This document shows positions 1-10,311 of a stretch of DNA of 64,000 nucleotides, one piece after another. The translations under genes were made by a program, and so were the position numbers. Source of the stretch: a virus; IMG/VR virus record IMGVR_UViG_3300047480_000598, positions 32,001 through 96,000 of that record. One strand, written 5' to 3'. How positions within the stretch are numbered: the stretch's first letter is position 1; every line of letters begins with the position of its first letter. The notes beneath the pieces are model-generated. The model did not search any database. It was not told the origin of the DNA and worked only from the letters and a program-made list of their open reading frames with translations.

Positions 1-2
1 AA

Positions 3-929
3 AGCTGCTTTTAATTCTTCATTGAATGTTCGAACAGTTAATCGATCAACTAGATCATTAACAATATCTTCGGGGATACTTTGTTCTTCTCTTTCTTCGA
101 ATGATTCTGCAAATGTTTCATAAAATGCAGGTCGTTGTAATTGTTGTATTTCTTTTTTAATTTCGTCAATTCTACCAACTACGCGATCAGTCACAGCACC
201 CATTGCTTCGGAAACCATAGGTGTGCGACCAACAAATCCTTTAAATTTACGTAGATGTGTAAGTTCTTCGCTTAATCCAGTAATATATTTCCCAATAGAA
301 TCATAAGGATTGCCGCCGTGCTTGATATGTTCGGCTAACGCTCTTGCGCCATTAAGGTGTTTGAAAGGATATTTAAATCTTTCGCCTTCTACATTTTCAA
401 CATAGATACTACCGATATGCATTGTTCTGCCAGCAGGTAAATCATAATTAACCGGTTGTGTATGTTTAATGATAAGACGTGCTTCGCCTAAATCTTGATA
501 GCTAACTTTTGATGTGCCAAATAACTTACTTTCCATCATTGGGAATTCCTTACGTTTTGCTTGAAATTGATAATCTCTTTTATCTAAATTGCTTTTACCG
601 ATGTTCTGTACGTCAAAGTTAAGTAGTCGATTCTTAGCAAATTGTCTAAATGACTTTATAAATTTGTACAAACTATGACCGATTACATTAGCATTTGCTA
701 GTGCATCACTAATCTGTACAATAATACCGTCGTCTTCATCTAAAGTAATTGCAATAGTTCCTAATGACTCTCCGTTCTCTTCGTAATTAAACTCAAAAAA
801 TCTTGCATTTGGAATATCTTGTTTTTTACTCAATACTTCGGCATTCTCGTCGCCGATTTTAATACTAGGAAATCTAGTTTGTATTTTGCCGTAAAGCTCT
901 TGTGCGATTTTATCTAAATTCGAATTCAT
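3..929 (-). CDS. Phage hypothetical protein (3' end beyond window)
   Basis: Not in ORF track. Manual translation from ATG at 929 gives MNSNLDKIAQELYGKIQTRFPSIKIGDEN...ERFKYPFKHLNGARALAEHIKHGGNPYD..., with no stop seen before the window edge. Preceded by an ATAAATA box. Confidence 0.8.
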   Translation of the reverse strand, partial: MNSNLDKIAQELYGKIQTRFPSIKIGDENAEVLSKKQDIPNARFFEFNYEENGESLGTIAITLDEDDGIIVQISDALANANVIGHSLYKFIKSFRQFAKNRLLNFDVQNIGKSNLDKRDYQFQAKRKEFPMMESKLFGTSKVSYQDLGEARLIIKHTQPVNYDLPAGRTMHIGSIYVENVEGERFKYPFKHLNGARALAEHIKHGGNPYDSIGKYITGLSEELTHLRKFKGFVGRTPMVSEAMGAVTDRVVGRIDEIKKEIQQLQRPAFYETFAESFEEREEQSIPEDIVNDLVDRLTVRTFNEELKAA

Positions 930-933
930 GTTG

Positions 934-940
934 TATTTAT
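934..940 (-). promoter_or_regulatory. T4-like late promoter box ATAAATA
   Basis: ATAAATA 4 nt upstream of ATG at 929; overlaps terL stop. Confidence 0.6.
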
Positions 941-2535
941 CACATACTACTAGTTACATAGATTGGTAGAGGTGGTTCCCATTCCTCATCTAAATGCATT
1001 CCGACACTTAAAGTTTCGAACACATGAGGATCCCATTCTGCTAAAACTGCGCTCATTCTAATTACTAGTAGCAATGCAGATACTAAATCGTCGTGTTGTC
1101 CTTGTTTTGCTTTAAATGTAATACCTTGTGCAGTAAAACCTTTTAATTCGGAGATTAAAGGTTTACTGTATATTTTCATCTTATCTTCTTCGACTAAAAA
1201 TTTAAGTCTCGAACACGCAGAAATTTTGCTTGTGTATGTAGTATTAAACCCTTTTCTAAACTTTCTTACATGTCCTTTTCTACCGGGCTCGCTTAAGAAT
1301 AATCCAGGAAAAGTTTCTTCTCCTAAATCTTGTATTACAATTAACCCCGCTTCACCGACGGTATTATTTTCAATTGACCAATATATGTTAGTTGAATTTT
1401 CAGATCCTATTTCTGATTGTATATGTTTCAATACATCTCGAAATAGCTTAATTTGTCCTTGAATTGGAGTAATGTTATGCTGCCATTCTGCTACTTGATC
1501 GAAACTCGGAAGTTCAAATACTTGTATTCCGGCGTAGTCTCCTCCAGTCCCTAAACTTGGATCTAATGCAACTAAGTATAGATTTTTTGGACTCGGTTTC
1601 TTATACCATCTAACCTGCCCCATCTTTGTAATCGGGTCTTTTCCTAGCAATTCACTTAGTTTAATACTGTTGATTAATGTTTCATCATATACTAAGAATT
1701 CGCATCCATATTCACGGCGAAATCTTTCTTCGCCGATGCGACCCATTTCAGTTTTACGCCAGTCTTCGTCACGATCTGGATGTTCGTCCCATTCTGCTCT
1801 ATAGCCATAAAATCCATTAATTCCAGTTCCGTCGTCATTTTCGTTACCAAATTCGTCAAATAAATTCTGACTTTCCTTCCAAATTTGAGCAAAGGTATCT
1901 TCGTCTGAATTAGGTGTAGATGTTAGAATTGCGCGACCACCTGTTGCTAATGTAGGCGATATCGAAGTCCAAAACTCATCTGCAATATTAGGTTGTACGA
2001 ATGCAAACTCGTCGCAATATAGTAATGAAATTGACATACCTCTACCAGTATTGCCAGTCGTAGTTGCACTTACAATACGTGATCCGTTATCAAATTCCAT
2101 CGAACCTTTGTTATAACTAATAACCCCTGCTCTTAAGAAATCAGGGCATAATTCATAACCATATCGAATACGCTGCATAATTTCTTGTGCGCCTGTATAC
2201 TTGTGAGCAGCAACAAGAACCGTCTGATCTGGGTGAAACATTGCATACCAAAGTAGGTAAGCACTGGCACATGTTGTTTTTCCACTTTGACGCGGTAACA
2301 TGTTAATATTGAATCTATGATTATGATAACTTGATAATAAGCGTTCCTGATAAGGATACGGCTCGAATAGCAATTTCCCTTTTACAGCATGTTGAATGTG
2401 GAAAAAATGCTTGGCAAAATGCAAATATCCATTTTCTCTATCTGCGCATGTTAATAGATGTGTTACTTGTTCTTCTGTAAATTTTTCTTTTGAATGGGCT
2501 TTCTTTGTAAGTACCCCATCGAGTGATTTACTCAT
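940..2535 (-). CDS. terL: Terminase large subunit (T4 gp17-like)
   Basis: Q-motif PYPYQ, Walker A PRQSGKTT, Walker B LLYCDEFAF, coupling motif TSTPN, RNase H-like nuclease ALDPSLGTGGDY ... HDDLV. Confidence 0.97.
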   Translation of the reverse strand: MSKSLDGVLTKKAHSKEKFTEEQVTHLLTCADRENGYLHFAKHFFHIQHAVKGKLLFEPYPYQERLLSSYHNHRFNINMLPRQSGKTTCASAYLLWYAMFHPDQTVLVAAHKYTGAQEIMQRIRYGYELCPDFLRAGVISYNKGSMEFDNGSRIVSATTTGNTGRGMSISLLYCDEFAFVQPNIADEFWTSISPTLATGGRAILTSTPNSDEDTFAQIWKESQNLFDEFGNENDDGTGINGFYGYRAEWDEHPDRDEDWRKTEMGRIGEERFRREYGCEFLVYDETLINSIKLSELLGKDPITKMGQVRWYKKPSPKNLYLVALDPSLGTGGDYAGIQVFELPSFDQVAEWQHNITPIQGQIKLFRDVLKHIQSEIGSENSTNIYWSIENNTVGEAGLIVIQDLGEETFPGLFLSEPGRKGHVRKFRKGFNTTYTSKISACSRLKFLVEEDKMKIYSKPLISELKGFTAQGITFKAKQGQHDDLVSALLLVIRMSAVLAEWDPHVFETLSVGMHLDEEWEPPLPIYVTSSM

Positions 2536-2559
2536 AAAATTTCCTTTTATTGATTTTAT

Positions 2560-2566
2560 TATTTAC
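2560..2566 (-). promoter_or_regulatory. Late promoter-like box GTAAATA for terL
   Basis: Directly downstream of the terminator; followed by SD AAGGA before terL ATG. Confidence 0.5.
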
Positions 2567-2595
2567 AAAAAAAACGGGCAAAAATGCCCGTTTTT
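2567..2595 (-). terminator. Intrinsic terminator (possibly bidirectional)
   Basis: AAAAACGGGCA-AAAA-TGCCCGTTTTT hairpin; T8 tail on minus strand after ORF 2625..3215. Confidence 0.85.
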
Positions 2596-2624
2596 GAACT
2601 AAGTATACCAACGACAGTATTCTT

Positions 2625-3215
2625 TTACTTTCTTGTTTTAACTTCGTCGTAGTGTGAACTTAATCTACTAAGAAGTGACTCGCTTATTGATGAAATAACA
2701 GCAGCCTTCTTAATAGATGCCATAGCATTGTCGCCTTTTTGAGCCATTGGATACGCTGCTTTTTCCTTATTTAGATCGTCACCGCTAATAATATTATCAA
2801 ATTCTTGAGTGGCTGGTTCGTTTTCATATTCTTCCTCGTCCATCTCCGGTTCTTCCATTGGCTCTTCGTCAGGTTTGCTAACACCTAATGGTATTTCTTT
2901 TGGTTTATCTTGCGGATTACCTACAATGATAGAGTCTTTTTCTTTATTTGCCGACGGAAGATTGGTATCGATGTTTCGTAGAATGTCCATTAAGTCACGA
3001 ATACCGCCTGCACCCTGCCCGTTCATGTTAACACTCATGCTAACTGAATCTTGTTGCTTCGGTTGTGACGGTTGCTCTGCGGAACATTGGCCTTCCATAC
3101 CAGATCCACATTCGTTAGTTTCGGGCATAGACGGCGGAGCCATGATACCAGTTCCTTGATTCATGTCGCCTTCGTCGAGTCTTTTTAAAGTTTTATATAA
3201 ATCTAAAAAATTCAT
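2625..3215 (-). CDS. Hypothetical acidic, probably disordered protein (possible head-internal protein)
   Basis: 196 aa ORF, TAATG overlap with upstream gene, E/P/D-rich. Confidence 0.75.
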   Translation of the reverse strand: MNFLDLYKTLKRLDEGDMNQGTGIMAPPSMPETNECGSGMEGQCSAEQPSQPKQQDSVSMSVNMNGQGAGGIRDLMDILRNIDTNLPSANKEKDSIIVGNPQDKPKEIPLGVSKPDEEPMEEPEMDEEEYENEPATQEFDNIISGDDLNKEKAAYPMAQKGDNAMASIKKAAVISSISESLLSRLSSHYDEVKTRK

Positions 3216-3832
3216 TATAGGTCTCCAGCTGTTGGCAACTTAACAGATTTGCTGCCAATAACACTCTGTGAACTACTTGATTTTTCTATAGCTTTAGCGG
3301 CCGGTCCTTTTTCAGATGGCGATTTTTTTGCTAAAATCTTATCGTTAACACCTTTATATTGTTCACCTTGGTGTTTAGTTTTGTTCAATTCTTTTAGTAA
3401 GTTCATTTTTTGCTTTTCACCGACTATATGTTGATTATTTTCTTTATCATAGTCAGTACCAAGCAATGCCTTACCCGATTTTGTATCAAATTGATGATTA
3501 AGTTCTTCTTCTTCTAGTTCTTTGGTGTTTCTAACCTTAACACAACAATCAGGAATTTTTAATGCTTCGGAAATTAAAACACCAATTTCTCGACTTGTGC
3601 TAGGGTAAGAGCAACATACGGTGCATGTAGTAACGCTAATGTTTTTTTGTTCTGGAAAATCTACTTGAGTTTCCTGAATAGGTGTTCGTTTTTCTTCTGA
3701 ACATGATTCAACATTAAACTTGGCTAATGCTTCTTTAATTTTGTCGGTGCAACCTTCATGGTCTCCGGCAATTTTAATCTTAAATTCGTAGGTTTTTTTG
3801 CTCTCAGTTAAGTATTCTTTAAATGATTTCAT
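3215..3832 (-). CDS. Phage hypothetical protein
   Basis: 205 aa; N-terminal MKSFKEYLTE resembles the KSFxEYLxE leaders of T4-like head-internal proteins; SD AAGGA. Confidence 0.75.
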   Translation of the reverse strand: MKSFKEYLTESKKTYEFKIKIAGDHEGCTDKIKEALAKFNVESCSEEKRTPIQETQVDFPEQKNISVTTCTVCCSYPSTSREIGVLISEALKIPDCCVKVRNTKELEEEELNHQFDTKSGKALLGTDYDKENNQHIVGEKQKMNLLKELNKTKHQGEQYKGVNDKILAKKSPSEKGPAAKAIEKSSSSQSVIGSKSVKLPTAGDL

Positions 3833-3850
3833 GATAGTATCCTTATACTA

Positions 3851-3857
3851 TATTTAT
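3851..3857 (-). promoter_or_regulatory. Late promoter box ATAAATA
   Basis: Upstream of SD and ATG of 3215..3832. Confidence 0.55.
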
Positions 3858-4333
3858 TTCAAATTCTTCAGTTTCTCAAGTAGGCTATTGCGATCGGCAA
3901 CAATATAACCGTCACCGGGTATACTGATTCCTTTGTCTTCACTTGAGTCTTGTTCGAGTTTTGCCTTCTTAAGTTGGAGCTCGATCATTTTAAGTTTCTT
4001 GTCAACCTTAGCAGCTTTAGCATCGATGGCATTTTTTAACATACTAGCAGCAACTTCAAATACTCTACCACTATATCGAGCCTCAACGTTCATTCCTAAG
4101 TCCATTAAGTCATCGTATGCGTTAGTTGCTCTTTGTGCAAGGTCATCAAACTCTTTATCCGAGATGTCTCCGAGACCTTTAACTTGAGGTAATGCAGCAG
4201 ATATCTTGTCAAAATCTTCAATATCTCTAAGGAAAGGTTCTACCTTCGACGGGGGATCAACTTTTGGCTCTTCTTCTTTGATGATTTCTTTGCTATCAGG
4301 TAAATTTAGTAAATCTTCGAGTTTTTTAGTCAT
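3854..4333 (-). CDS. terS: Probable terminase small subunit (gp16-like)
   Basis: Helical segment ATNAYDDLMDLGMNVEARYSGRVFEVAASMLKNAIDAKAAKVDKKLKMIELQLKK resembles gp16 (RxxEVxxxLxK...KL.DLQ); 159 aa; near terL. Confidence 0.6.
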   Translation of the reverse strand: MTKKLEDLLNLPDSKEIIKEEEPKVDPPSKVEPFLRDIEDFDKISAALPQVKGLGDISDKEFDDLAQRATNAYDDLMDLGMNVEARYSGRVFEVAASMLKNAIDAKAAKVDKKLKMIELQLKKAKLEQDSSEDKGISIPGDGYIVADRNSLLEKLKNLK

Positions 4334-4368
4334 ATTTTACTTATCAATTGTTCGGGTAAACTAATTGT

Positions 4369-4794
4369 TTATTGATGAAAGATGTCGTTTTCATTAACTA
4401 CTCGAAATTTAATACCTTGTTGTTTGCACCATGCATTAGCAGCAGCCCATTTTGCTTGATTTTTGATATATTGTATTTGATTGGCTTTGCTTTTGCCAAC
4501 TCTCTCTAAAATCGACTGACTTGCAGGTTTTATTTCAATTAGTTCAACTAGCATTTTTCCAGTTTTGTCGAGATATTGAATGAAAAAGTCCGGAACATAA
4601 ATGGTATTACGCCCGCTTGTTGGATCTCTGTAAGGAATTGAAATTGCTTCACTCGCCCACTTCTGTATACTTGGGTTAGTATCACAAAATCTCATAAAAT
4701 GCCACTCCCAAGAGCTTCTGTATATAGGAGTTTTAGTACCTACATACTTTTCTGGGTTTTTCATGACGAATTTATCCCGAGCAAACTTTGCCAT
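4369..4794 (-). CDS. g4: Head completion nuclease (T4 gp4-like, PD-(D/E)XK)
   Basis: KNPEKYVG, YRSSWE, WASEAISIPY, YVPDF, IEIKP, NQAKWAAA motifs. Confidence 0.9.
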   Translation of the reverse strand: MAKFARDKFVMKNPEKYVGTKTPIYRSSWEWHFMRFCDTNPSIQKWASEAISIPYRDPTSGRNTIYVPDFFIQYLDKTGKMLVELIEIKPASQSILERVGKSKANQIQYIKNQAKWAAANAWCKQQGIKFRVVNENDIFHQ

Positions 4795-5165
4795 TAGACT
4801 AAAATATTTCTAGATTCGTATGTATCAACTAAACTAGCAATTCGATAACCTAATAAACTAGTTTTTTCTCGATATGTGTTTAATATCTGAGCTACTACTT
4901 GACTTAATTGAACATCATTCAATGCTCTAAGTGAATCTATAAGTTGAAAAACGTCAACATTATCGATTTTTGCTTGGTTTAATAAGACAATAGCTACGCT
5001 TTGAGAGCTTTGTAAATCGAAACCGTGTTTAAGGAAAAAACCTATAGTTGCATCAATCTCGTTGCTAGGAAAACTAACTTTGTGGGTGTAAAATTTGTCA
5101 AAAAATTGACGAACCTCTAATGCGCTATCGGTATTGTCTACTGGAATATTAGTTATTACTGTCAT
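4794..5165 (-). CDS. Hypothetical protein in tail module
   Basis: 123 aa, coupled to both neighbours by start/stop overlaps. Confidence 0.75.
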   Translation of the reverse strand: MTVITNIPVDNTDSALEVRQFFDKFYTHKVSFPSNEIDATIGFFLKHGFDLQSSQSVAIVLLNQAKIDNVDVFQLIDSLRALNDVQLSQVVAQILNTYREKTSLLGYRIASLVDTYESRNILV

Positions 5166-6142
5166 AGTTTAGTAAGTTTTGCTATAGTTTCTGTTGTAGT
5201 TTGATAAACAGGAAATTCAATACCAGTTATTCCGCTTACCCCCGATATTGCAGTTTGAGAAACATTATTAATAATACCGTATATACCCCCGACCGGTAAT
5301 GCTCCAGTATTTTGATAGGTATTAATTGTAGTAGACGAATTATTTACAAATGCTGTTTTATCTACAGTATATGCTGATGAAAAACTTGGACTAGCTGTAC
5401 CTGTTCTGACACCGGTTAATGGACTTGGAGTTTTATCGTAATGCTCTTGTCCAAATCCTTCTGGCGATCCTTCAGACACTGTGCCGGTATTATACGAAAC
5501 TGCTTCATATGCAATTTGCATAGTTTGATCGTGTATTCCAGTATCAGATGAACTGACTGCATTATGATTCCATGATGTAATTATTGGATTGTATAGACGA
5601 TATTCTACAAATTCATGTCTTGCCATTTGATAAATTTTAATGTATTTAAAAAACGGAAGTTGGCTACCGTTATCAAATCCATACGTATTTTTAACATAAC
5701 TAAAATTCTTAGTTGCATTTCTTGCATATGCTCCGGGGTCTTTAGAAGACGATGGATCAGCATAGTAATAGTTATAATAATTTTGCCATAACTGATTAAT
5801 TAACCCCATATTATCATCATGGAATGTGATACTAATCGGGTTATATGTATGAGTAACTTGTGTATTCTTTTTTCGATTATACTGATTTAAAGTTTCAGTT
5901 TTAATTGTAAAATTTGGTAAATCACACTTTTTAACAAGCATGTTGATTTCGTTATTATGTCTCTGTACCAGATTAATATTCATTAATGCAGCTGAATTGA
6001 TACCAAATGCTACATGAAATAGAAAGTTAAATTTAGGTGCTAATCGAAACTGATCGTCAACAAATAGCCTTGCAGCATGTTGTTGATCTCTCAATGTTAC
6101 TGTTTGATTTGCATTTAAAAATTGTGTTTGTACAAAGGCCAT
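5162..6142 (-). CDS. Tail tube-like / tube initiator protein (gp19/gp54 fold)
   Basis: LVKKCDLPNF...YNPISITFHDD...LYNPIITSW...MQIAYE pattern of the tube-protein family; adjacent to tube gene. Confidence 0.7.
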   Translation of the reverse strand: MAFVQTQFLNANQTVTLRDQQHAARLFVDDQFRLAPKFNFLFHVAFGINSAALMNINLVQRHNNEINMLVKKCDLPNFTIKTETLNQYNRKKNTQVTHTYNPISITFHDDNMGLINQLWQNYYNYYYADPSSSKDPGAYARNATKNFSYVKNTYGFDNGSQLPFFKYIKIYQMARHEFVEYRLYNPIITSWNHNAVSSSDTGIHDQTMQIAYEAVSYNTGTVSEGSPEGFGQEHYDKTPSPLTGVRTGTASPSFSSAYTVDKTAFVNNSSTTINTYQNTGALPVGGIYGIINNVSQTAISGVSGITGIEFPVYQTTTETIAKLTKL

Positions 6143-6147
6143 ACTAA

Positions 6148-6155
6148 TATTTATA
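6148..6155 (-). promoter_or_regulatory. T4 late promoter consensus TATAAATA
   Basis: Exact consensus 5 nt upstream of ATG at 6142, just after a terminator. Confidence 0.75.
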
Positions 6156-6190
6156 TTCTATAATTAACTACGTATATTATAAAATGTCAT

Positions 6191-6213
6191 AAAAATGCCC
6201 GCCGAAGCGGGCA
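6191..6213 (-). terminator. Intrinsic terminator with C(UUCG)G tetraloop
   Basis: Minus strand TGCCCGC-TTCG-GCGGGCA-TTTTT directly after the tail tube stop. Confidence 0.92.
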
Positions 6214-6219
6214 AATTCA

Positions 6220-6846
6220 TTATACTCTTGCACCGGAACCAGTAGCAAGTACTCCTGTTCCTCGTGTAGTCGGAGCAGTTGCTCCTCCTGTAATCTGAAT
6301 GCAATTGTCTGGTTGAATTGTAAGATCAATTGTCATAGGATCTTGTGCAGTATAGCTTAATGTTTGATAGTTAGCTGCTTGTACATAACATCCGTAACAT
6401 TCCCATGTTTCTAAAACATTAGGTGTATGTATGCCGTTGCCTCCGTCTAACATTTCAATACGCATTAAGAACTTATAGTCGCCGCCTGAAGCAGCAGAAC
6501 TTTGTTCAAAGAAGTCGTATTGCTTCTGCATTTGTTCCCCGACAAGTTTGCTAACTGCGCCTGTTACATCGTCTCTTAACTTAATAGCAATAGTCTGCCA
6601 AACTGGGCGGCCTGCATAGTTAATTGTTGAATTGTACACTTGAATCTTTTGAGCATCAAAAGATACGTTCGGTCGAGCAGCATCTTGAACTTGCTTAGTT
6701 AATTCAGTAGTCGGCGTTGAAACTCCAAAATTTTCAAACATCACTCTAAAGCGAAATTTGAGTTTTGGCATTAACATACCTTGTGACGTTGCACTTTGGT
6801 CTGACGCTAACGGTACTGTGAATTTTGATAATGATGCGATTGCCAT
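6220..6846 (-). CDS. g19: Tail tube protein (gp19-like)
   Basis: Directly downstream of sheath; FRFRV, YAGRPVWQTIAIKLRDD, WECYGCY, LSY...IDLTIQPD. Confidence 0.85.
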   Translation of the reverse strand: MAIASLSKFTVPLASDQSATSQGMLMPKLKFRFRVMFENFGVSTPTTELTKQVQDAARPNVSFDAQKIQVYNSTINYAGRPVWQTIAIKLRDDVTGAVSKLVGEQMQKQYDFFEQSSAASGGDYKFLMRIEMLDGGNGIHTPNVLETWECYGCYVQAANYQTLSYTAQDPMTIDLTIQPDNCIQITGGATAPTTRGTGVLATGSGARV

Positions 6847-6865
6847 TTTATTACTCCGTTATTCC

Positions 6866-9800
6866 TTATCTACCTACTGTATTTTGAATTTCGCCAGTGT
6901 TCTTTAAACGTAGTGGAATGTAAATAAATTCTACTGCTTTAACTGGTTCGATAGCAATATCTAAATATAGTTCATTGCGATCAATTCTTGCAGGTGTGTT
7001 GTTTGATTCGTCGCAAACAACTATATAATCGTATAAAGCACGTTGTCCTACTAATTCTAATAGTAAGTTTTCTGCCGCACCTTTCAATTCGTCTCTTGTA
7101 ATTTTATCGTTCGGTTCAAACACATAAGGTCTTGCTAACTGTGCAAATCTTCTACGTAGGTATACAACTAAACGAGCAACATTAATACGATCTAATTGAC
7201 TTGCATTTCTAGAACGTGTAAATTGTCCGTAATTAACAAGTGCACCTGAGATAGTAGTAATTGGGTTGATCTTAACAAGGGACATTGCATCGCGTTGGCC
7301 CGATGTTAAAGATACAGTTACAAATTCGCCTTCGGAATCTATATAACCTACTGAAGTAGCGTTAGTAATTCCACCTCTTCTAGTACCAGCCGGAGCAAAC
7401 CATGGATAACTTACATTGTCGCTAAGTGAAAATGTACGTAACATCATGTGACTCGGTGGAACAACAACATCATTGCCTAAGTTATCTGAAGTGTACCCCC
7501 ATGGATAGAACACACCTAAATATTCGTCGCTGCTTGATAATCCAGATGAATTATTTGTTGCTGATTGAGCGGAGTTATTTCCCCAGCTAGTTAAGGAAGT
7601 TGCATCTGATGCTAAACGAGCAGGAGTATCACCGATAACAAATGCTGTTAATCCTCGATCATAATTTAATGCAACCATTTCGTCGATTAATTCTGGGTAA
7701 CCCGGACAAGCAATTAAGTTAAAGATTCTGCTTTCTTCTTCTCTAATCTTTTGATTGCTATTAACAAGTGCTTGTAATGCTTTTACTACTACACCTCTTT
7801 GAGCAAGTCTACCGAAAGATCCTACACCGTTTTCTTGATTTGGAGCTTCACTGACCCAACGATGTGGATAGTAAGTAGTCATTCCTTCGCCGTTGTAAAC
7901 AAGATTATCAGCAGTTGTATCAATGTAATCAGTTACATAACGCTTTACATTGAAGCCTGAACGACGTAAGTTCCATAATAACATACCTGTAGGATAAAGA
8001 GCAGGATCTACACAATCCGGATCAACAAAATCACTAGTTAATAACTCTGGAATTGTTCCTTGCGGTGAAGTTCCGGTTTGTGCAATCGGATCATAAGTTC
8101 CGCCCGAAGTCCCCCATCGAGCATCGGCAAATACTACACCATTTTCAGTTGTTTGATCAGTAGTGTCTATTTGTAACCACTTATTTAATTCTTTACTATA
8201 TCTGTAAATTGATGGATAGTTTTCAATTCCAGCATCACTAACGTCGATCCAAATATCACCTTCTTCAAGATCAGTTAAATCGGATTGCTTTTTTGGCTTA
8301 GTTGCTGAAATAATCGGACCATTATCATCAGTGTCAATGTTAGCAGCATAATTCTTATATCCTACCCATTCAGTACCGTTATTAATCATAATATCAACAT
8401 CGTGTAGATAACTGTTGTACCATAATTGACCGTCTACCGGTGTAGTTGTTAATGCTGTCGGGCTTGCTTCTGCTAACCAGCTATCACCGATACTAGAAGT
8501 CCATAAAGACCCTACATAGTGATCGGTTCCTAGTGCAAAAGCCGGATCTTCGTAGAAATTTGCTGAATCTGTAAATAAGGTACCGATCGGTGTTCCTGAT
8601 GTATCTACAAATTTAATTTCTCCACCTAACCTATGACGTAAAACAATTTTGTTAAATTCGTTTTTAGTAGCAACAATATTTGACGCATATGCATTACCGC
8701 TTAATGTTGTTTCTGCTAATTTAGTTGTTAGTGCTGTGATAAAGCTATCAGCATCTGCACTAGCACTACCAGAAGCAACAAATTGAACTGAAAGAGGTGC
8801 TGTAAAAACTGTGCTATTCTTTACAGATTCTGAAATAGTAAATGTATACGTTCCTGCTGTTACTGTGCTTTGTGATGTAAGAACAGTATCACCTACTGCA
8901 TTTCTAGCATAAATCTTAAAGTTTGCAATTTGAGGATCGGCTTCGCCTTCATTAAATTTTACATATAATGAGCCTAATGCTAAATTACGGCCGCCGCCGG
9001 TTTTATCTAATTCAGCTAATGCAGCAACATTTGATTCATATAAAGGAGCTGAAACATTTTCCCAAGCATCAGTAACTTGGTTAAACTTACGAACAATCCA
9101 GTTTGCACCAAAGTTTGGATTAGTTGTTTTAATCCAAATCGATCCAGTTGGCTTTCCTCTAGCAGAATTAGTTAAGCTAGTTGTTTTAAATACCGGAACA
9201 TCTGTGTGCTTAGAAATTTGCAATTCTGGTGCATAGTAAGTTTTACCCGATTCTAATCCGACTTTGCTTACTGATGTTCCTGCTAAACTAATCGGAGTTC
9301 CTGTAGAATATAGCTCTAATTTACCATTAATTCTGGCAGCAGTAACTCCTGGGATACTTGCTGCATTGATTGCAGTTACTAGTTCGGCAATTGTAGTTAC
9401 TGTGTTAATCGAACTATATGTTTGACTATTGGCAGTAATAGTAAATGTATCAGCATCTATTCCTGCACCGTCTAAAATGTCACCATTGCTCGATACTGTT
9501 CCTTGTGCTGTAGGCCAACTTGCAACCCATTCTTCAGATCCAACTTCTACCCATACTCCAGCAGGCTCGTCTGTAAGTGACTTTTTAAACCATAGTTTGT
9601 TTAATGTAGTTACCGAAACAAGAGCATAATCCCCAACTGCTCCGATACTTGATTTAGGAGTGTAATCTCCCGCTTCGAAGTCTACTACCTTAGTAGTTTC
9701 GGTGATTACTAAAGGAAGTTTATTAGTAAATGTCTGCCCGCCTGGTTCTTTAGCCGGAGCTGAATTCCACTCAAAAATACCAAATCTTGTCGAATTGGTA

Positions 9801-10216
9801 TTGAACCAAAGTGTACCGTCCTCTGGATTACCAGTCGGTTCGGTTGAAGTACCGTCAAGTTGTGATAAATCAAGATCTGCTCTAACAACATAGGCTCTAT
9901 TGCTAACACCTAAATAACTATAAGCTGCCTGCAATCCATATTCATTTTGCTCTCCAGCATGAATAGGATTGTTGTTAATATCAGTTTTAAATACAGGTGT
10001 TCCGAATGTGTCTACTAGTTCTCTTTGACTAGTAATTAAATATACTTGTCCGGAATTTACCTTTTCAGTTCCAGCAGCGGTTCCGGTTCCTCCGCTATTT
10101 TGCTTATTTTCTGCCGAAGCAACGACGATTAATGGTACAGTACCTGGTGCGGATGTAGCATAGAAACTTTCATCTGTAACTGTAACACTTACGCCTGGTG
10201 AAATTAATTGGGCCAT
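6866..10216 (-). CDS. g18: Contractile tail sheath protein (gp18-like, enlarged)
   Basis: N-term LISPGVSVTVTDES; C-term YPWFAPAGTRRG, RINVARL, FEPND, VCDESNNTP, IEPVKAVEFIYIP. Confidence 0.96.
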   Translation of the reverse strand: MAQLISPGVSVTVTDESFYATSAPGTVPLIVVASAENKQNSGGTGTAAGTEKVNSGQVYLITSQRELVDTFGTPVFKTDINNNPIHAGEQNEYGLQAAYSYLGVSNRAYVVRADLDLSQLDGTSTEPTGNPEDGTLWFNTNSTRFGIFEWNSAPAKEPGGQTFTNKLPLVITETTKVVDFEAGDYTPKSSIGAVGDYALVSVTTLNKLWFKKSLTDEPAGVWVEVGSEEWVASWPTAQGTVSSNGDILDGAGIDADTFTITANSQTYSSINTVTTIAELVTAINAASIPGVTAARINGKLELYSTGTPISLAGTSVSKVGLESGKTYYAPELQISKHTDVPVFKTTSLTNSARGKPTGSIWIKTTNPNFGANWIVRKFNQVTDAWENVSAPLYESNVAALAELDKTGGGRNLALGSLYVKFNEGEADPQIANFKIYARNAVGDTVLTSQSTVTAGTYTFTISESVKNSTVFTAPLSVQFVASGSASADADSFITALTTKLAETTLSGNAYASNIVATKNEFNKIVLRHRLGGEIKFVDTSGTPIGTLFTDSANFYEDPAFALGTDHYVGSLWTSSIGDSWLAEASPTALTTTPVDGQLWYNSYLHDVDIMINNGTEWVGYKNYAANIDTDDNGPIISATKPKKQSDLTDLEEGDIWIDVSDAGIENYPSIYRYSKELNKWLQIDTTDQTTENGVVFADARWGTSGGTYDPIAQTGTSPQGTIPELLTSDFVDPDCVDPALYPTGMLLWNLRRSGFNVKRYVTDYIDTTADNLVYNGEGMTTYYPHRWVSEAPNQENGVGSFGRLAQRGVVVKALQALVNSNQKIREEESRIFNLIACPGYPELIDEMVALNYDRGLTAFVIGDTPARLASDATSLTSWGNNSAQSATNNSSGLSSSDEYLGVFYPWGYTSDNLGNDVVVPPSHMMLRTFSLSDNVSYPWFAPAGTRRGGITNATSVGYIDSEGEFVTVSLTSGQRDAMSLVKINPITTISGALVNYGQFTRSRNASQLDRINVARLVVYLRRRFAQLARPYVFEPNDKITRDELKGAAENLLLELVGQRALYDYIVVCDESNNTPARIDRNELYLDIAIEPVKAVEFIYIPLRLKNTGEIQNTVGR

Positions 10217-10249
10217 TTTATGATCTCCATCAAATACGATTTCTAATTG

Positions 10250-10256
10250 TATTTAG
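10250..10256 (-). promoter_or_regulatory. Late promoter-like box CTAAATA for sheath/tube operon
   Basis: In the divergent intergenic region, upstream of SD GGAG of sheath. Confidence 0.55.
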
Positions 10257-10311
10257 TGGATTGTTTTAATTTTGGACCGGTTAACTACACTATAAAAGGG
10301 GTGTAAAAGGT

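Noticed and set aside
940-2535. Intein or intron in terminase
   Set aside because: 531 aa with contiguous ATPase and nuclease motifs; no splice-junction motifs or interruption.
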